Numbered from the stretch's first letter, positions 1 to 14,770 are shown. The stretch is 64,000 nucleotides of DNA from Eledone cirrhosa (GCA_964016885.1 OZ024741.1:346146001-346210000), one strand, 5' to 3'. A program made the numbers and translations. Notes: generated from the letters alone by a model not told the origin.

Positions 1-1031
1 CCGTTTGCAAGACACGTTTTTCCCCAGCTCGTCTCCTTGACGGAGCTGAAGTCCTGGGTCAAGCGAAGACCGAGAGGGAGCGCTTGGAGACTGGAATGTC
101 TTCAGGCGCTCACAGCCCTCGACCAATCGGGCAATGTGATCGGTGGAAACTCCACCTTGGCGTTCTATAGGGGATTAGTGGAGGGGAAGAGCGACGACGT
201 ACTTGGAGAAACTCTAGGCGTCGACGAAAATCAACTAGCCAATCTCTTCGGAAGGACTTTCGGGCCGGGGCCTATGGACAACTTCCAGAAATCCCTGGCC
301 TGGCAGTGCTACCGAGGAGCTTTGCCAGTTCGGGATAAACTCTACAGGCATGGAGGTGCCGTCAGCCGGGCATGTCCGAGATGCGCGCAGGGCGACGAAA
401 CCGTCCTGCACGCACTCGTCCAGTGTCCGAGCATTGCTGACTTGTGGGTTTATGTCGAACACCTGCTGTCACGTGTAGGACGGATCCAGCTATCAGCTGA
501 GTCCATCGTGAGGATTGCCCCGCCCCCTTCCTTTAGCCTGGAAGGGCAGGCAGTTTTTATCTGTCTGGTGGCCATGGCGAAAGAGATAGTATGGTGGACA
601 CGTTTGAAAGGGCTGAAGACGAGCACTTACCTCTTCGGTGATGCCCTGATTAACTTTCTCAAATTTCATTTGAAAAGGAAAATCAGGGTAGAGAGGGAAG
701 TGCTCTCTTCCCAGCATTTTGTTGAAAGATGGGTGAGAGAAGCAAGTATGGCCCGAATGAATGGGCCTTCTCTGAGTATGTGTCTGTAAATTAAAGGTGG
801 AAAACTGGGAGAGGGCACTTGCCCTGGTGGTCAGGGCCACTGTGGTCTTTTAATGGGCTTTCTCCACAAATGTCCCTTGGAAGTCTCCCCCCTATTGGGG
901 AATTTTTCTTTGTTATTTTATTTCAACCTCTGTTTTTTTACACGCAGAAATGCCCATTTGTACCGTCCTGTATTGTCCTGTACTGTCCTTAATGTCTACT
1001 TTATGTGAACCCTTGTGGTTAATAAAGAAAA

Positions 1032-1080
<49 letters not shown>
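1..1080 (+). mobile_element. Tx1/L1-like LINE, 3' end of ORF2 plus 3' UTR and (TTA)n tail; runs off the window edge
   Basis: ORF 37..789 carries a C-terminal CCHC knuckle (CPRCAQGDETVLHALVQC). AATAAA at ~1021 is followed by (TTA)n. Homologous to 45885-46870 and 62045-64000. Confidence 0.8.
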
Positions 1081-1368
1081 TGTGATTTTACTTTTCCTTC
1101 AGTTTTTGTCTTCTAGACACCTAGGGCAGAGAAAGTCACTGCATACATCTATAAACCACAAAATTAAACACACCGGAATGTTCACGTCACGCTCTCTACA
1201 CAGTTAGATGTATAGCATTTGCTTTATACACGTGCACATTATCTGGTTTAAAAGCATATTTACAACAGACTGATAATCAATCATGTAAGAGCGCTCGATT
1301 ATTTACAACTTATATAATTATGGAATATAATCGGTAATGTAGTGACGACGCACAATAAAAGTAAAACT

Positions 1369-1913
1369 AATAATTGTTTCTAATTTTTGGCACAAGGCCA
1401 GCAAATACCCAGTACATTACTGGTACTTTATTTTATCGACCCCGTAAGGATGAAAGGCAAAGTTAACCTCGGCGGGATTTGAACTCAGACTCTTAAGGGA
1501 CGTAAAACTAATAATTGTTTCTACTTTTGGCACAAGGCCAGCAATTACCCAGTGCATTACTGGTACTTTATTTTATCGACCCCGTAAGGATGAAAGGCAA
1601 AGTCAACCTCGGCGGGATTTGAACTCAGATCGTAAAGGGACGTAACTATGCTGGAAAGCATGGCGTCCGACCCTCTACCGATACTGCCAATCCACCGCCC
1701 TTCGGTTTTCTGATTTAGGCACAAAGCAGACAATTTTAAGAGAAGGAAACGTCGATTAAACCTACACCAGTTCATCTCTTAAACAGTTTATCAAACCTCT
1801 AAGGATGGAAGGCAAAGTTAACATCGGCAGAATTTGAACCACGAAGGGAAAGGGACATAACCCTCCGCGCCAAGCATGTTGTTCGACGTTCTACTAATAC
1901 TGTGAGTCCACCG
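1369..1913 (-). mobile_element. Three tandem tRNA-derived SINE copies (Deu/Nin-domain type; Octopus OK-like)
   Basis: On the minus strand: B-box-like GAGTTCAAATCCC, central TTGCCTTTCATCCTTACGGGGTCGATAAAATAAAGTACCAG, and 3' CCTTGTGCCAAAAGTAGAAACAATTATT. The third copy is diverged. Confidence 0.8.
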
Positions 1914-2010
1914 ATGTATATTTTCTTTCAATATAACATCATTTCAATGTTGTAGTTTCCACTTTGATCTGCATTTCGTTTATAGTCTTCCATAATAAAG
2001 TCTCGAGAAC

Positions 2011-2100
<90 letters not shown>

Positions 2101-2184
2101 AACAAAATTAGAATTTTATTTCTCGCCCTAGCACAGCTGATACATAAATGTGTATATGTATATGTATGTACGTGTGCATACTTA

Positions 2185-2286
<102 letters not shown>

Positions 2287-2356
2287 TCGAACTATCACAA
2301 AAAAGGCTCAGCTCAGATTTAACCACAGAGGGAAGATTGCAATAAAATACTTTCAA

Positions 2357-2468
2357 ATAATTGTTTCTACTGTTGGCACAAGGCCAGCAATTACCCAGTG
2401 CATTACTGGTACTTTATTTTATCGACCCCGTAAGGATAAAAGGCAAAGTTAACCTCGGTGGGATTTGA
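2357..2468 (-). mobile_element. 5'-truncated copy of the same SINE
   Basis: Matches 1509-1625 almost exactly. Confidence 0.8.
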
Positions 2469-2656
2469 AAAAATAATGAAACCATATAAGTGATCTAAAT
2501 CTACAGGGCTTAACAAATTTGTATTTATAAGCTTCACTGATATATATTTTAAGCTATATTATTCATTGAGATGCAATGCACTTTACTGACTAATGTTTAA
2601 ATAAATATAATTATATATGTACATACATATATATATATATACAGTATATTTATATG

Positions 2657-2726
<70 letters not shown>

Positions 2727-3803
2727 ACAGATATACATATATATGCGTCTGGTGTTTGTATTGCCCGTGTGTCGTGACATTCGTTTTTGTGATATGTTCC
2801 AATCAGCACATCCTTCCTACTTTTGTACATTATTTCATATACTTAAATATACTAATGATTTAACTAAATTCATGTTAAGAAAACGCTGAGTGGGTGAACA
2901 ACCAAATATGAATAATTTATTGTAGGTTATTTTCCTGAACATATTATTCCTTTTATAACCATTGATCCTGCCTAATAATATGTAAGAAGGCATATATGGA
3001 TTCTAATATTTTTTGTTGTAAGAACGGGTATCAATGGGAGGGAATAAGCATTTGTATGTAAATAACGAATATCCTCAAAATAATGTTCTCTCATATTTAG
3101 TGTACAAACATGTCAAGGCTTTAACAATAGTTGTAAAATACCTCTATTTTGTTAATTACTAAATCCTGGAGCCATTGTAAGAGTGTCGTTGTTCAGAATA
3201 GAGCGGCTCATGGGTTTTACAATTCTGAAAAAATCTTTGTTGCATAAACTATATCCCTTTATAAGATATAGAATTCGTAAACAATAATTTTTCTTCTAAG
3301 ATGATCAACAAAAGTAAGAGCCACAAGGTATTGAAGATGATGTACAGGGTGGGCCAGAATTCCTGACTCACTTGTTTACTTATAGATCTATTAACACAAA
3401 ATGTTATAAAACAAGTTAAGGAATATAATAACAAGAAATAAAAATATAAATTAAGAAACTTGTTAAGCATATTGAGAAATAAAATAATAAACAAAAACAA
3501 TAGAATAACAATAAAATAAGCATGTTAAGAAATATTACTAGAAAGCGAGTTATGAATTATGGCCCACCCTGTACTTTGCCATTTTACGACGCGTGTGCTT
3601 GTTATTCTTTCACTCGTTGCGCTTGTAATGCTGACATAGGCTTTGTTAAAAGATTTAACATTTTACTTTGATCCCGCCAGTAAAATGCATCAGGATGTCG
3701 AGCTTATTGAGGAATCGGTTTTCACATAGAAAATATAAATGATGGACATTTCGAGAAATAAGTATTATATTGATATTAGAATAACGTGATGCTTTACATC
3801 ATT

Positions 3804-4020
3804 GGTGGATTGACAGTATCGGTAGCGGGTCGGACACCATGCTTTAAAGCATAGAGTTACGTCCCTTTATGATCTGAGTTCAAATCCCGACGAAGTTAAC
3901 TTTGCTTTTCATCCTTACGAGGTCGATAAAATAAAGTACCAGTCACGCACAGGTGTTGACTTAATCAACTTTCCCCTCCCCCAAAATTGCTGACCTTGTG
4001 CTTATATAAGAAACTATTAT
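3804..4020 (+). mobile_element. Full-length SINE copy
   Basis: A-box-like GGTGGATTGACAGTATCGGTAG, B-box GAGTTCAAATCCC, central domain and ATT-rich tail. Confidence 0.8.
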
Positions 4021-5529
4021 TTTCATTATCAAATATAACTGTATAGAAGCAGGGAAATTTACGATGTAACAGCAATCGCTGCACAACTCACTTATTAAAG
4101 AATGTGCATTTATTGACTGTTGATTTCCAGTTTGAACATTTCAGGTTATACCTGATGTATTTAATGATTTAATCTATTAAAGTTCGCTATTAAAGAGGAA
4201 TTACTGGAGAACATTAAATTATAGGAAATCGATCCAAACAATCACCAAAAACATTTAATGATGTTTACCTTACTGAGACGATATTTAATTCATTAAACTT
4301 TTGTTGATGAAAATTAGTGCTCACAATTTTAAAACAAATTGTTCATTTAATACACATTTTACGAGAAAACAGCTTATATAATATGGTTGGTGAGAATATA
4401 TTTAGCGTTTTAGCAACAAGCAATACACCAAACCTAGAAGAAAATATTCATGAATAATGGTATAATCTACGAAATATAATTGGACATCGCAATTCAAAAC
4501 CTGATGCTTTCCAGTTTATTGAGTAATTTAGCTATCTTGTCTCATTCAATATCATACGTTGAACGAATATAAAAAATAGAGAATGTTAAAAGTAGAATGT
4601 GGTGTGTAAATCGATTTATCAATATTAGTAATATACTACATAACAAAACGGTGAAGAATTAATCAGGACTTTGAGGAAAGAACTGTTAGAAAATTATATA
4701 GTCATAATTAAAAGAAACCAGAGACAAAGTAATTAGTCGGTTACACATTACAGATTATTGCCTGCTATGTATATAGGTAATTGCCTGCTATATATATAGG
4801 TAAATAAAACACAAGTATATTTTTGATTTAACGTCCTATTTTTATAATCTGTAACCCTAACTTTAGCTAGTTGGCAGCCATTAATGTCCACTCATTCATA
4901 TACATTTCAATTCCTAAGGCTTACTCTTATTGGTCAAGGTATATTATGAGTGCAAGATTAAAGTCAGTCCTGCTAAACTGAAACGGGGCTTACCCAATTA
5001 AGATATGTTTTATTTACAAATAAGACTACGTAAGGCCACGAATTAAGATTTCCCCAATTTCATACAATAAGCCCGTCATATGTAGCTGGTAGAATTTTCT
5101 CGAGATAAAATCTCGTGACAGTTAGAAGACACCTCTGATTTTCTACTTTGTTATTTCTGTGCTATTTCTGTATCTCGGACATTTCAGCTCAGTAGAACTT
5201 TATTTTGCCATCCGCCTAAGTTATTCTGAGTTGCTGCTGGACAACGATCTCGTGGGTCCCAGAATTTCTCGAATCTCCATGTTTCTTGAGCTAAGTTGTT
5301 GTCCATGAAAATATGACTGATAAATCAGATGAAGCAACTGATACATACTATGAAATGATTTTAAAAAAAACATGATATCCTGATTTTCGAGGGGGTTATA
5401 TTTCGACAATTTTTAAATGGTTATAGGGATAGTGGCTGTCTTGATGCTAAATACCGAATGTGGGCTTCGTTGTTGAAATTTATGTTATCCAGGATTGATC
5501 AGGTGGCAAAGAACCTCAAGAGCAACAAT

Positions 5530-5731
5530 AATAATTGTTTCTACTTTAGGCACAAGGCCAGCAATTTGAAGTGGCGGGGAAAGTGCATTACTGGTGTTTT
5601 ACTTTATTGACCACGTACGGATGAGAGGCAGAACTACCTTCGGCGGAATTTGAACGCGTAATGTAAAGGGACGTAACTCAATGCTACAAAGCATGGTTTC
5701 CGATGCTCTACCGATTCTGCCAATCCACCGC
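5530..5731 (-). mobile_element. Diverged SINE copy
   Basis: Same head, central domain and tail as 1509-1700. Confidence 0.75.
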
Positions 5732-7991
5732 AACAATAATAGTATCACACGATGTGACGAAAATACGAGGATGTTTCTACGTGGTCACTCAAGCTGCAAG
5801 AAATAAGAGATGGTAGGATAATGACTGCATTGCATTTAGGTATGGATCCAATAAATATAGTCTGACCAGGTGCTAAGCAACAACAGCAGCTTAGAAATTG
5901 ATGGATTTGGATTCCTGTTACAGGCAAAACACAGAGTTGGGAGACGGAGATGAGTTCTAATCCTCTTGGGTTCTTATCTACTACGAATGAGTTTTCGAAA
6001 GTTATAATTGCTTTAATTGTTTTTTTCAATTAAAATTAACAGATGACAAATTCTGACAGTGAATGTCCGTTGAGAATTTCTTAAATGATTCCACAGAAAA
6101 AGAAGAAAACGAAGAGAAGAAATTTTATGAGGCATAAGAAAGATAGAAAAAAAATTAAAAGCTTCATTTACTCGAATTATAAACACATCGATAAGATTAT
6201 TAATGCATTTAGGGTAAATTGAAATGGTTATCGACCATAATTAGGAGAGGAGATGGAGACTAAGGCTGATAACGAAGATGAAGTAGATGAGGAGAGGTGA
6301 CAATAATGGCAATAATGGTAATGCTGGTGATGCGGCAGAGAATGTGGAAGATAATATGAGAGAGTTCACGATAATGGCTCTGATGATAATTATTGTTGTG
6401 ATCATGATAAAGATAAGGCTAAGAATGATAATGATAATGATCAGGAGGATGTTGAAAATGAGAGAATGATGCTGATGACGATATATTCGATGATAAAAAT
6501 CATGATGATGATAACGATGAAGTTGATAAAGTCGAGGTTTATGGTCATCATTATTTTTCTAAGTTTATTAACACAAAGCCGAATAATAAATATAATTAGT
6601 TATATCGGTGATACCTATTATCGATATAAATGAATTACTGAGTCGCAAATTCTGAGATCTGAATATTTGTGATTATATTGGCCTCGGGTGCGGCAAAATT
6701 TCATAACCTTTGTGACACTGGTGGAATTTGATCTCAGAAATTAAAATGCGGAAACTAATTCCCTCACCGACTTTTTCTCCGATGCTATAACGATACTATA
6801 ACGATTCTGTTAATCTTCTGTCGATAATTATTGCACAGTATTTTTCACTATACTAACACGGAGACACAAACATCACTAATGTAAATTCCATTGTTGAATG
6901 GTTAATCATGGTAACCCAATATTCAACAAGTTTGTATTTACTTGTCCAAAGAATATTCAGAATCAGGGAAGGAGAAAAGTGTTTTACCCTTGTTTCACAA
7001 AGCGAAGGGATGTATTTTCACTGGTAAACAAATGAATTGATAGAGGTGGTGTATAATATCTGGACTGAAGTGTAAAGCATACAATAGGGCAAAGTATACA
7101 GAACCATCTGCATGACTTTCGGTGGTGATGGGGAAGCAAAGAGACAAAGAAGATTAGTTCGCGAAATCCCCACTCAAAAACTTTAAGGCCATTACATAAG
7201 GACACGCAACACAACGATAACAATTAGAAACATTACAAGCGATATTAACCCCTGGGACATAGTTGTGGTTGTTAAACAGTATGAACATGTAATAAGTTGC
7301 CAAAGTAAGGGAAAATGGTCAGAAAGAGTCAGTATAGATATGCAAGTAGTCATGGGAATCCAACTCCACAAAGACATTCGAGAAATCTCTTCCGCGCCCA
7401 TTCATAAGTAATGTGTGGAAGTGCAAGGCAGAAATTGCAATTGTTACACTTGTATTATCAAAAGCACATTGAGCGGTTTCTGCTATGAGGGGCTGAAAAA
7501 AACCCAAGTTCATGAGGATATATTTCTTCTAACCCCATTAGTCATACCACCAGTTCCATTTCTGAAGAGCACTGGAAAATGTAGTTCCTTCTACGAGTAC
7601 ACCTCCATCGATTCATGAGGATGAGGGTTACATGGAAGTTAAGGAATGCCGATAAACGTTTGTAAAATGGGTAGAAAAGAAGAGAAAAACAGTTGTGCTA
7701 GACATCTTCGAAAAGAGGGATAAAATGGTGTAATTCCATGAAATATGCAGTTGTTAGAATCAGTGAAACAAGGTTGCTTAACGAGGAGTAATTATTGGAG
7801 GACGGAAATCAACGGAACATTGTTGGACTCAGAAATAAAGGATTCCTATCGAACGTTTCCTGGCCACAAACTGTTATTTATAACAAAAAAGTATTGAAAG
7901 AAACCTGAATGTAAATCTACCACACGTCCTTTGTCCGTTACTTTAACGATTATCCCAATGGAGAGACTTTATTATTACACAAGTCTTATTA

Positions 7992-8520
7992 TATACTAGC
8001 AGTAATACCCGGCGTTGCACGGGATAAGGTATTTTGGAACGTGGGCCGCTAACAGATCGTGGAAAAACTGCATGCCTGGACAATATGTAAAGAAAATAAA
8101 CTGAATACTCTGATGGCTGGATAATCTTTAAGATTTTCCTCGATGAAGAAGGAAAAATGTAGGTTTTCACCTAGGGGATCAAGGAAATGCATTATTTTTA
8201 TGTGCATAATATGCCTTGAAATTTCGGGAAAAACCAGCTAGACGTAACTCTCAAAAAAGCCCTAAAAAGCTGTTAAAATGAAGTTTTTCACCTTATGCGG
8301 GCCCTAGGCCATAAACAGTTGGATTTTCTTTGTTCACGGTATGAAGAAGAGACTGACTAATACATAGTTACAATTTCAAGGAAATCGGTCTGACGTAACG
8401 CCTACCCCCCCCCAAGCTGAAAAAAACGCAGTTTTTCACCTAATGCGGGCCCTATGGGATCAAAAAGTTGAATTTTTTTATGTACATAACACTCCCTGAA
8501 ACATAAGTAATACACGCGTA
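7992..8520 (+). mobile_element. Probable non-autonomous Helitron-like element, 5' part
   Basis: Starts ACTAGCAGTAATACCCGGCGTTGCACGGG, resembling the 5' hairpin of short Helitron-like repeats. Internal repeats of GTTTTTCACCT at ~8163, 8283 and 8432. The 3' boundary is uncertain. Confidence 0.45.
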
Positions 8521-9419
8521 AAGTGATTCACTACGCCCTCTATGTTGATACCGGTTCAAATAGCACTCAAGTAGATTTTACCTTTCAGAGTTTGTATTCT
8601 GGGCAACTGCATGCTATATTACTGTAAATATTTCTCTCGTATAATTATGACCTATTCGTAGATGCACTGATTTCACTGAGAGATTTTTTTCTGTTCAATG
8701 ATCAATGCATCATATAGCCCCAGACGAAACATGACGTATTTTATTCAGGTAGTTTATCTCGAACTACATTGTTCGATTTGCCATTTCGAAAGGCGGTATA
8801 GGTTCCGCTATGATTTTCAGCAGGTCACCCTCACCTTGGCTAATTTCAAATGAGTTGGATGCATGGAGGATCCTTTGTTAAAATTCCATTCATGTTCTAT
8901 TCCTATTTATGTATAATGACCCTAGTGCGTATATATAATGTTATCGCTCATTTTAATCACACACTATAGAAACCAGAAATGTGTGTTTTTCTATTCAGCA
9001 GCCATTATGACTTCGATGCAGATATTTCTTTTAGGTAGTTTGTGTTGTTTTTAGTAATGCAAGGTATAAAGAATTAGAATATAGGTCGATGTGTATATAT
9101 CATTAATGTTCACTTTTAAATAATAAGCACCCCAAAGAAATTGCACTTTGATACAACTTCCCTATTATTCCATCCAATTAAGTAAATATCTACGCAAGTA
9201 AGATAGAAAAGAGAATAAATAAACTGAGTACCTAATGTACATTCGTATAGCGTTTATCTTTACATAAACACACAATCAATATAATACAACACACAAACAT
9301 ACAGACACACACACACGCACGCTCATATATATATATGAAGTGTGTGTGTGAATGTGTCTATGTATACATATATATGTATGTATATATACATAAATATGTA
9401 TGCATCTCTCTCTCTCTCG

Positions 9420-9473
<54 letters not shown>

Positions 9474-9611
9474 TTAAAAGTTAAACAAGGTTCAGTGAAT
9501 ACATCAAAGAATCAGTTTTACAATAGATTGGAAGCACTCAACCGTAAGTTTTTCCAGAGTTATAATATTAATTCAAAATATTAACAAAATAGATATTCTT
9601 GTGATCAAGTA

Positions 9612-9678
9612 TATTTTATTATACATATTTCAGAGGTACTGAGTTAAGTTCAACAGTACGTCCTCATCAGGTAAAATA
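9612..9678 (-). ncRNA. Type I hammerhead ribozyme motif (H1)
   Basis: Reverse complement of the motif at 11010-11076. Confidence 0.7.
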
Positions 9679-11009
9679 AGATGATGCATAATGATTTTTA
9701 CTTAATATAATATAATTTAATTTAATTTAATTTATTTTAATTAAATTTAGATTACCTTCGTGCTTTTTCAAATATTTAACTCCTCTTTCAATCACATTCG
9801 CTAAAATATTTTAGATGTATCCTTTGTCTACTATATTAAAACCCTTTTACATTTATAATATATTTTTAATATAGGGTATATTTAAGTTTTGCAAACAATT
9901 CATTATCTTTTATTTGTATATTTATTTTGTATCTAGCCCCTATCATTAGGACTCATGTAGTTTTGACTTATATGTTTATAGTATATATCAACTAAATGAA
10001 AATAATTGATATAAAACATTAATTTTTTAACAATATTTTTAACAATATTTTTTAATTATATATATATTTTTTTAACTATATTTTTTTAACTATATTTTTT
10101 TAACAATATTTTCAGTAACTTATTTACTATATTGTATCATTGTATTATTGTATTATATTATATATATTTGAAAGGTATCACCTCAATTATAAACAAATAA
10201 TAAATTATAATCCTTGTATATTTTTTGATCAACACACATGTATATAATTAAACATTCAGACTTCTTTAAGTTTAGTTATAAGGCCGATTGATCCTTTAGG
10301 CACTCAAACTATTTAATCATAAGTTCTTTAATTATTATAGCTATAATTACATTATAAATTATATTATATAAATTGTTGCCAATATTATAAATAATTTTGG
10401 TAAAGATTACCTTCGTGAGGGTATAAAAGCATTATATATTTTTTCTTTCTCGTGTTTCGTAAATCCTTTAAATTTGTTTTCATAAAATTTGAATTTTAGA
10501 AATTAAACTTGATAGTATAATTATAATATTAATACAAATACCTATTAACTTTTAAAACCTAAAATATTATTCATTACTCTGAAATAACTTAAATTAAATG
10601 TTTTGTATATTAACAGTCAACTATATTAATTTTGATATATGTTGCATATATGGAAAATTGTCTATAAACTTGAACATAAATTACTCCCCTTTGTCTCTCT
10701 CTCTCTTTAATCATTTTTCATTTGTTTTTTTCGAGCCACCTACTAAATATATTATCACATCAGCTGTTTCTTCCTCTATGCTTTCCTTTCCCTCCTCTTT
10801 CTTCAGTAGTTTTTAAAAAACGTTTTTAACTGTTTTATTGATGCCATGTATTTTTTTAAGCTGTATTATACGCACCCTCTCTATTGTTTGTATTAAGTTA
10901 TCTCATGTTCTCAATATTAGGGTATAAATATTGAGTTTTGTCATATGTTAATCACTACCATGACTGAAACTTAAACATCTACTATGTCAGGGTATGTCAT
11001 GCATCATCT

Positions 11010-11076
11010 TATTTTATCTGATGAGGACGTACTGTTGAACTTAACTCAGTACCTCTGAAATATGTATAATACAATA
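11010..11076 (+). ncRNA. Type I hammerhead ribozyme motif (H1)
   Basis: TATTTTAT-CTGATGA-GGACGTACTG..CAGTACCTCT-GAAA-TATGTA-TA-ATACAATA: stems I and II present, minimal stem III, AUA triplet. Confidence 0.7.
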
Positions 11077-11367
11077 TACTTCATCACAAGAATATCTATT
11101 TTGCTAATATTTTGAATTAATATTTATATATATATATATATATATATCAAAGGTATGTATTGAGTTAGAAACTCAAAATAGTCTCTTACAATAAAATTAT
11201 CTCTAGGAAAAAGGTTTTTCCGAGCCGTATAATATAACTGAACAAAAAAGAAAAACGAACACAGACATATACATACATGTGTTCAAATCGTAAGGGACCA
11301 GATTCGCTAAGGTGAAAAGAATACTAACTATAGACAATGGGTTTGCCAGACTCATTTTAAGAATAAA

Positions 11368-11419
11368 TCAAGAAAAATAAATACAAACCAGAATTCTGGT
11401 TTGTATTTATTTTTCTTGA
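11368..11419. repeat. Perfect 52-bp palindrome
   Basis: TCAAGAAAAATAAATACAAACCAGAA|TTCTGGTTTGTATTTATTTTTCTTGA, no spacer. Confidence 0.9.
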
Positions 11420-11741
11420 AAATAAACCACAACAGAAACACAAACCCTTCATTACAATTTTACTTTTGAAAATCATAAGAACTGTGAGACTGGAAAAGTA
11501 AATGAATATATATTCTTAAAAGACTTCAGTTACATTTTCAATTTCTTGTCCTTACACTTTAACCCGTAGTAGGACATCTCATTGAAAAGAGAAAAATCAT
11601 TTTCATATGTATATATATATATATATGAAATTTGAACTCCAATCGTAAAAGGTCTTACATTTATTTGTGATTGTACTGCTCTACGATTTCTGATATCTTG
11701 AACCAAGATAAAACAACTTTACTTAGTTATAAAACTATATA

Positions 11742-11822
11742 AAGAAGAAGAAGAAGAAGAAGAAGAAGAAGAAGAAGAAGAAGAAGAAGAAGAAGAAGAA
11801 GAAGAAGAAGACGACGACGACG
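11742..11822. repeat. (GAA)n grading into (GAC)n microsatellite
   Basis: Directly visible. Confidence 0.95.
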
Positions 11823-12443
11823 ATAACGATTATGATGAGGGGTGATAATGACGAGGATGGCGAAGAATACTAGAAAAAAATAGAAACACTAGGTGAAAAA
11901 AATAAAGATAAACAAATGTTAGTACAGCAACAATGTCAAATGATTGGAAGAATAGACGATCATAATAAACCATATGTCAAACTAGAATTCTATAAGATGT
12001 TTAAAAAACAAATAGAAATTATATTGACTCGTGACTGTTAGCAGTTTGATGTAAAATGCAAAGGTAAAAAAAGTATGTTTTTCTAAATTGCAATACTAAA
12101 CACAAGAAAACGAAAAAATAATAATATTAGCGTAAGTGTGAAGAGAACTACATTTTTTAACAAACTGCGATTTTGTGTTGTTCACGACACAGTATTATTT
12201 TGTATTTTGATATGTTTATTGTCATTTTTAACAAATACAGCGTTTTGACAATTATGGAAAAATTGCGAAATTTTCGTGAAGCTTATGAAGTTAAAAGTAA
12301 TAGTTGTTGTTTCGTTGTTGCTAATTAAGTTGTGGTTTGTTATTTTCAACTTTCACTTTTGTTTGTAGTTTCGTTATTTTCATATTTGCAAATCTAAACG
12401 AAAGTTGTGCAATATGTCATTTTCTTAAAACATTCTTTCATGA

Positions 12444-12755
12444 TAGTTGTTTCTACTTTTCGCACAACGCCAGCAATTATCTCAGTAAGGATGAAAGGCA
12501 CCGTTAACCTCGGCGGGATTTGAACTCAGAACGCAAAGGGCCATAGCTATACACTGCAAAACATTGTATAATTGTTTCTAATAATTGTTTCTACTTTTGG
12601 CACAAGGCCAGCAATTACCCAGTGCTTTACTGGTACTTTATTTTTTATCGACCCCGTAAGGATGAAAGGCAAAGTTAACCTCGGCAGATCATAAAGGGCC
12701 GTAACTCTATGCTGCAAAGCATGGCTTCCAGCCATCTACCGATACTGCCAACCCA
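12444..12755 (-). mobile_element. Two internally deleted SINE copies in tandem
   Basis: Same family as 1509-1700. Confidence 0.75.
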
Positions 12756-13892
12756 CATGTTGTGCGAATAGAGTGGGGTAGTAGGCGTTGAATTTAGATA
12801 TCACTGGGTATATATAGAGAACTAGAAGAGGAGGAAGAGAGGTTCATTTAAATAGTGTGGTTGCGGAAATCAGTATGTGTAATGGAAATGGCGGCGATAA
12901 ATAGAAAGGTGGTATTTACAGGTTATAATATCTGCAAGGAGTACAAAATTACGTGGGATTTGTGTGTCAATGTCTGTGTAATTGGGTGCATCGATGGCAA
13001 TAAGATATATAGATAGGTAGATAGTTATGTGGGTAGATGGGCAGATTTCTGCGGTACATTAGTGTAAATGGTTAGATGTAGGAACTTTCACATGTGTATT
13101 CCTAAACAAGCAATGCATTGAGAGATAGAGGTATTCATGAATAGTCAGATAGTGAGGGACAGATAGGTATAGGCAGGTAGCTGGAATGACAATGTATATT
13201 GGCTAGAAGTACGAAGGATGTGAGTGCAAACTTATTTTGATGTAATATGGAAGGGTAGATAGATGGATAAGTGGAGAATAGATAGATATCTTTAAATAGG
13301 CAGGCAGATATGTGGGCAGCTAACTAGATAGATAAACATATAGATATATAAACAGATAGATAGATAGATAGATATATAGATAGATAGATAAATAGATAGA
13401 TATATTAGGAGACAGATTTATGGGTGGTGCATCATAGTTGTGTATAGAAAAGTGCACTATCATTAATTCAAATGTGTACAAATATCTGCACTTGCGTCAA
13501 CAAAGATAAATTAAGAAATCGAACGTAGTGTGTGCTTCTGCATCACCCGGCTTTCACATGTACCGGTTTATGCTTAAGATCTGCTGGATCGGTGAATGCG
13601 CATAAGCTAAAAGGTTCCCGTGCGAGCCAGCATATGTGCACAAAACAATTAAGCTAAAACCTCTCGTATCCACCTCCGAATATACGGAGATTTGTTTCAC
13701 TAAATAATCAATCCTCAATAAAATTTCTGAACATTGTTCTTCGTGTGTGCATAGGCCCATGGCCACATGTAAACAGTTGAGGCTGAACACTAAATCATAT
13801 GTTAATTTAGCTTGCTTTACATGTGTCGCTCACTTCGCTCCTCTCTACTCTAGTATTAAAGGTGAGCCTTTTCTAATTTTCAGAACTCATTA

Positions 13893-14073
13893 TTACAGTA
13901 TCTGTAGAGGGTCGGACGCATTGCTTTGACGCATAGAGGTACGACCCTTGCCATTCTGAGTTCAAATCCCGCCGAAGTTAACTTTCCCTTTCATCATTAC
14001 GGGGTCGATAAAATAAAGTACCAGTAATGCACTGGGTATTTGCTGGCCTTGTGCCAAAAGTAGGAACAATTAT
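13893..14073 (+). mobile_element. SINE copy
   Basis: GAGTTCAAATCCCGCCG..GGGGTCGATAAAATAAAGTACCAG..CCTTGTGCCAAAAG. Confidence 0.8.
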
Positions 14074-14568
14074 TACAGAGTGTTTCTGTTTCCGTTATCC
14101 ACATTCTCAATTTATTTAAGAGATATAATATTATCTCTGGGGACTGATATATCGATAAGAAGGATTTTGTTTTTCAGTGACTTTAGATAACAATATTTGG
14201 TGGATTAGTCTAGACATTTCTGTATCAGATATTGCATTTTTCTAGGATAACATTGAGGTCGTCGGGAGTTGAGGCCTGCATGCATCGGTGGCTGTTATCT
14301 TCCAGAATATACACTGCCAAATGATTTTGAGAGGGATATTTCAAATGCAGAGCTGTGCTATTTCGATTTGATGGAGGCATTTCTCATAAATAAATATATA
14401 ATTAATTTGCTGTTACAAGCTTGCCAAATAGAAATATCGATTTACATATAGAAGTATCTATTGTATAAATGGTATTTACACGTTTATTATGATCAGCAAT
14501 ATTTTCATCATCCGAAACACCATCATCATCAGTATCATCACCTTTATCCTTAAACTCCTTTTACTTTA

Positions 14569-14644
<76 letters not shown>

Positions 14645-14709
14645 ACATACGTAGGACGCCATATAGAATCCCCAAAGCGGAATTATATATATATAATCCT
14701 GAAACGCGG

Positions 14710-14770
<61 letters not shown>

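Larger units (their letters stand above)
9473..11125 (+). mobile_element. ORF-less PLE-type element with inverted HHR-bearing termini (family H1)
   Basis: ~9565-9690 is the reverse complement of ~10998-11123. Both ends are flanked by (TA)n. The interior is very AT-rich and resembles 58530-60700. Confidence 0.7.

Noticed and set aside
3804-3895. Functional tRNA genes in the SINE heads
   Set aside because: A and B boxes are present, but there is no complete cloverleaf and the sequence runs into SINE body.
6240-6530. 60-aa ORF 6287..6469
   Set aside because: Degenerate (GAT/AAT)n low-complexity tract.
6950-7900. Host exon or transposase remnant
   Set aside because: Higher-complexity sequence, but no recognisable motif or sustained reading frame.
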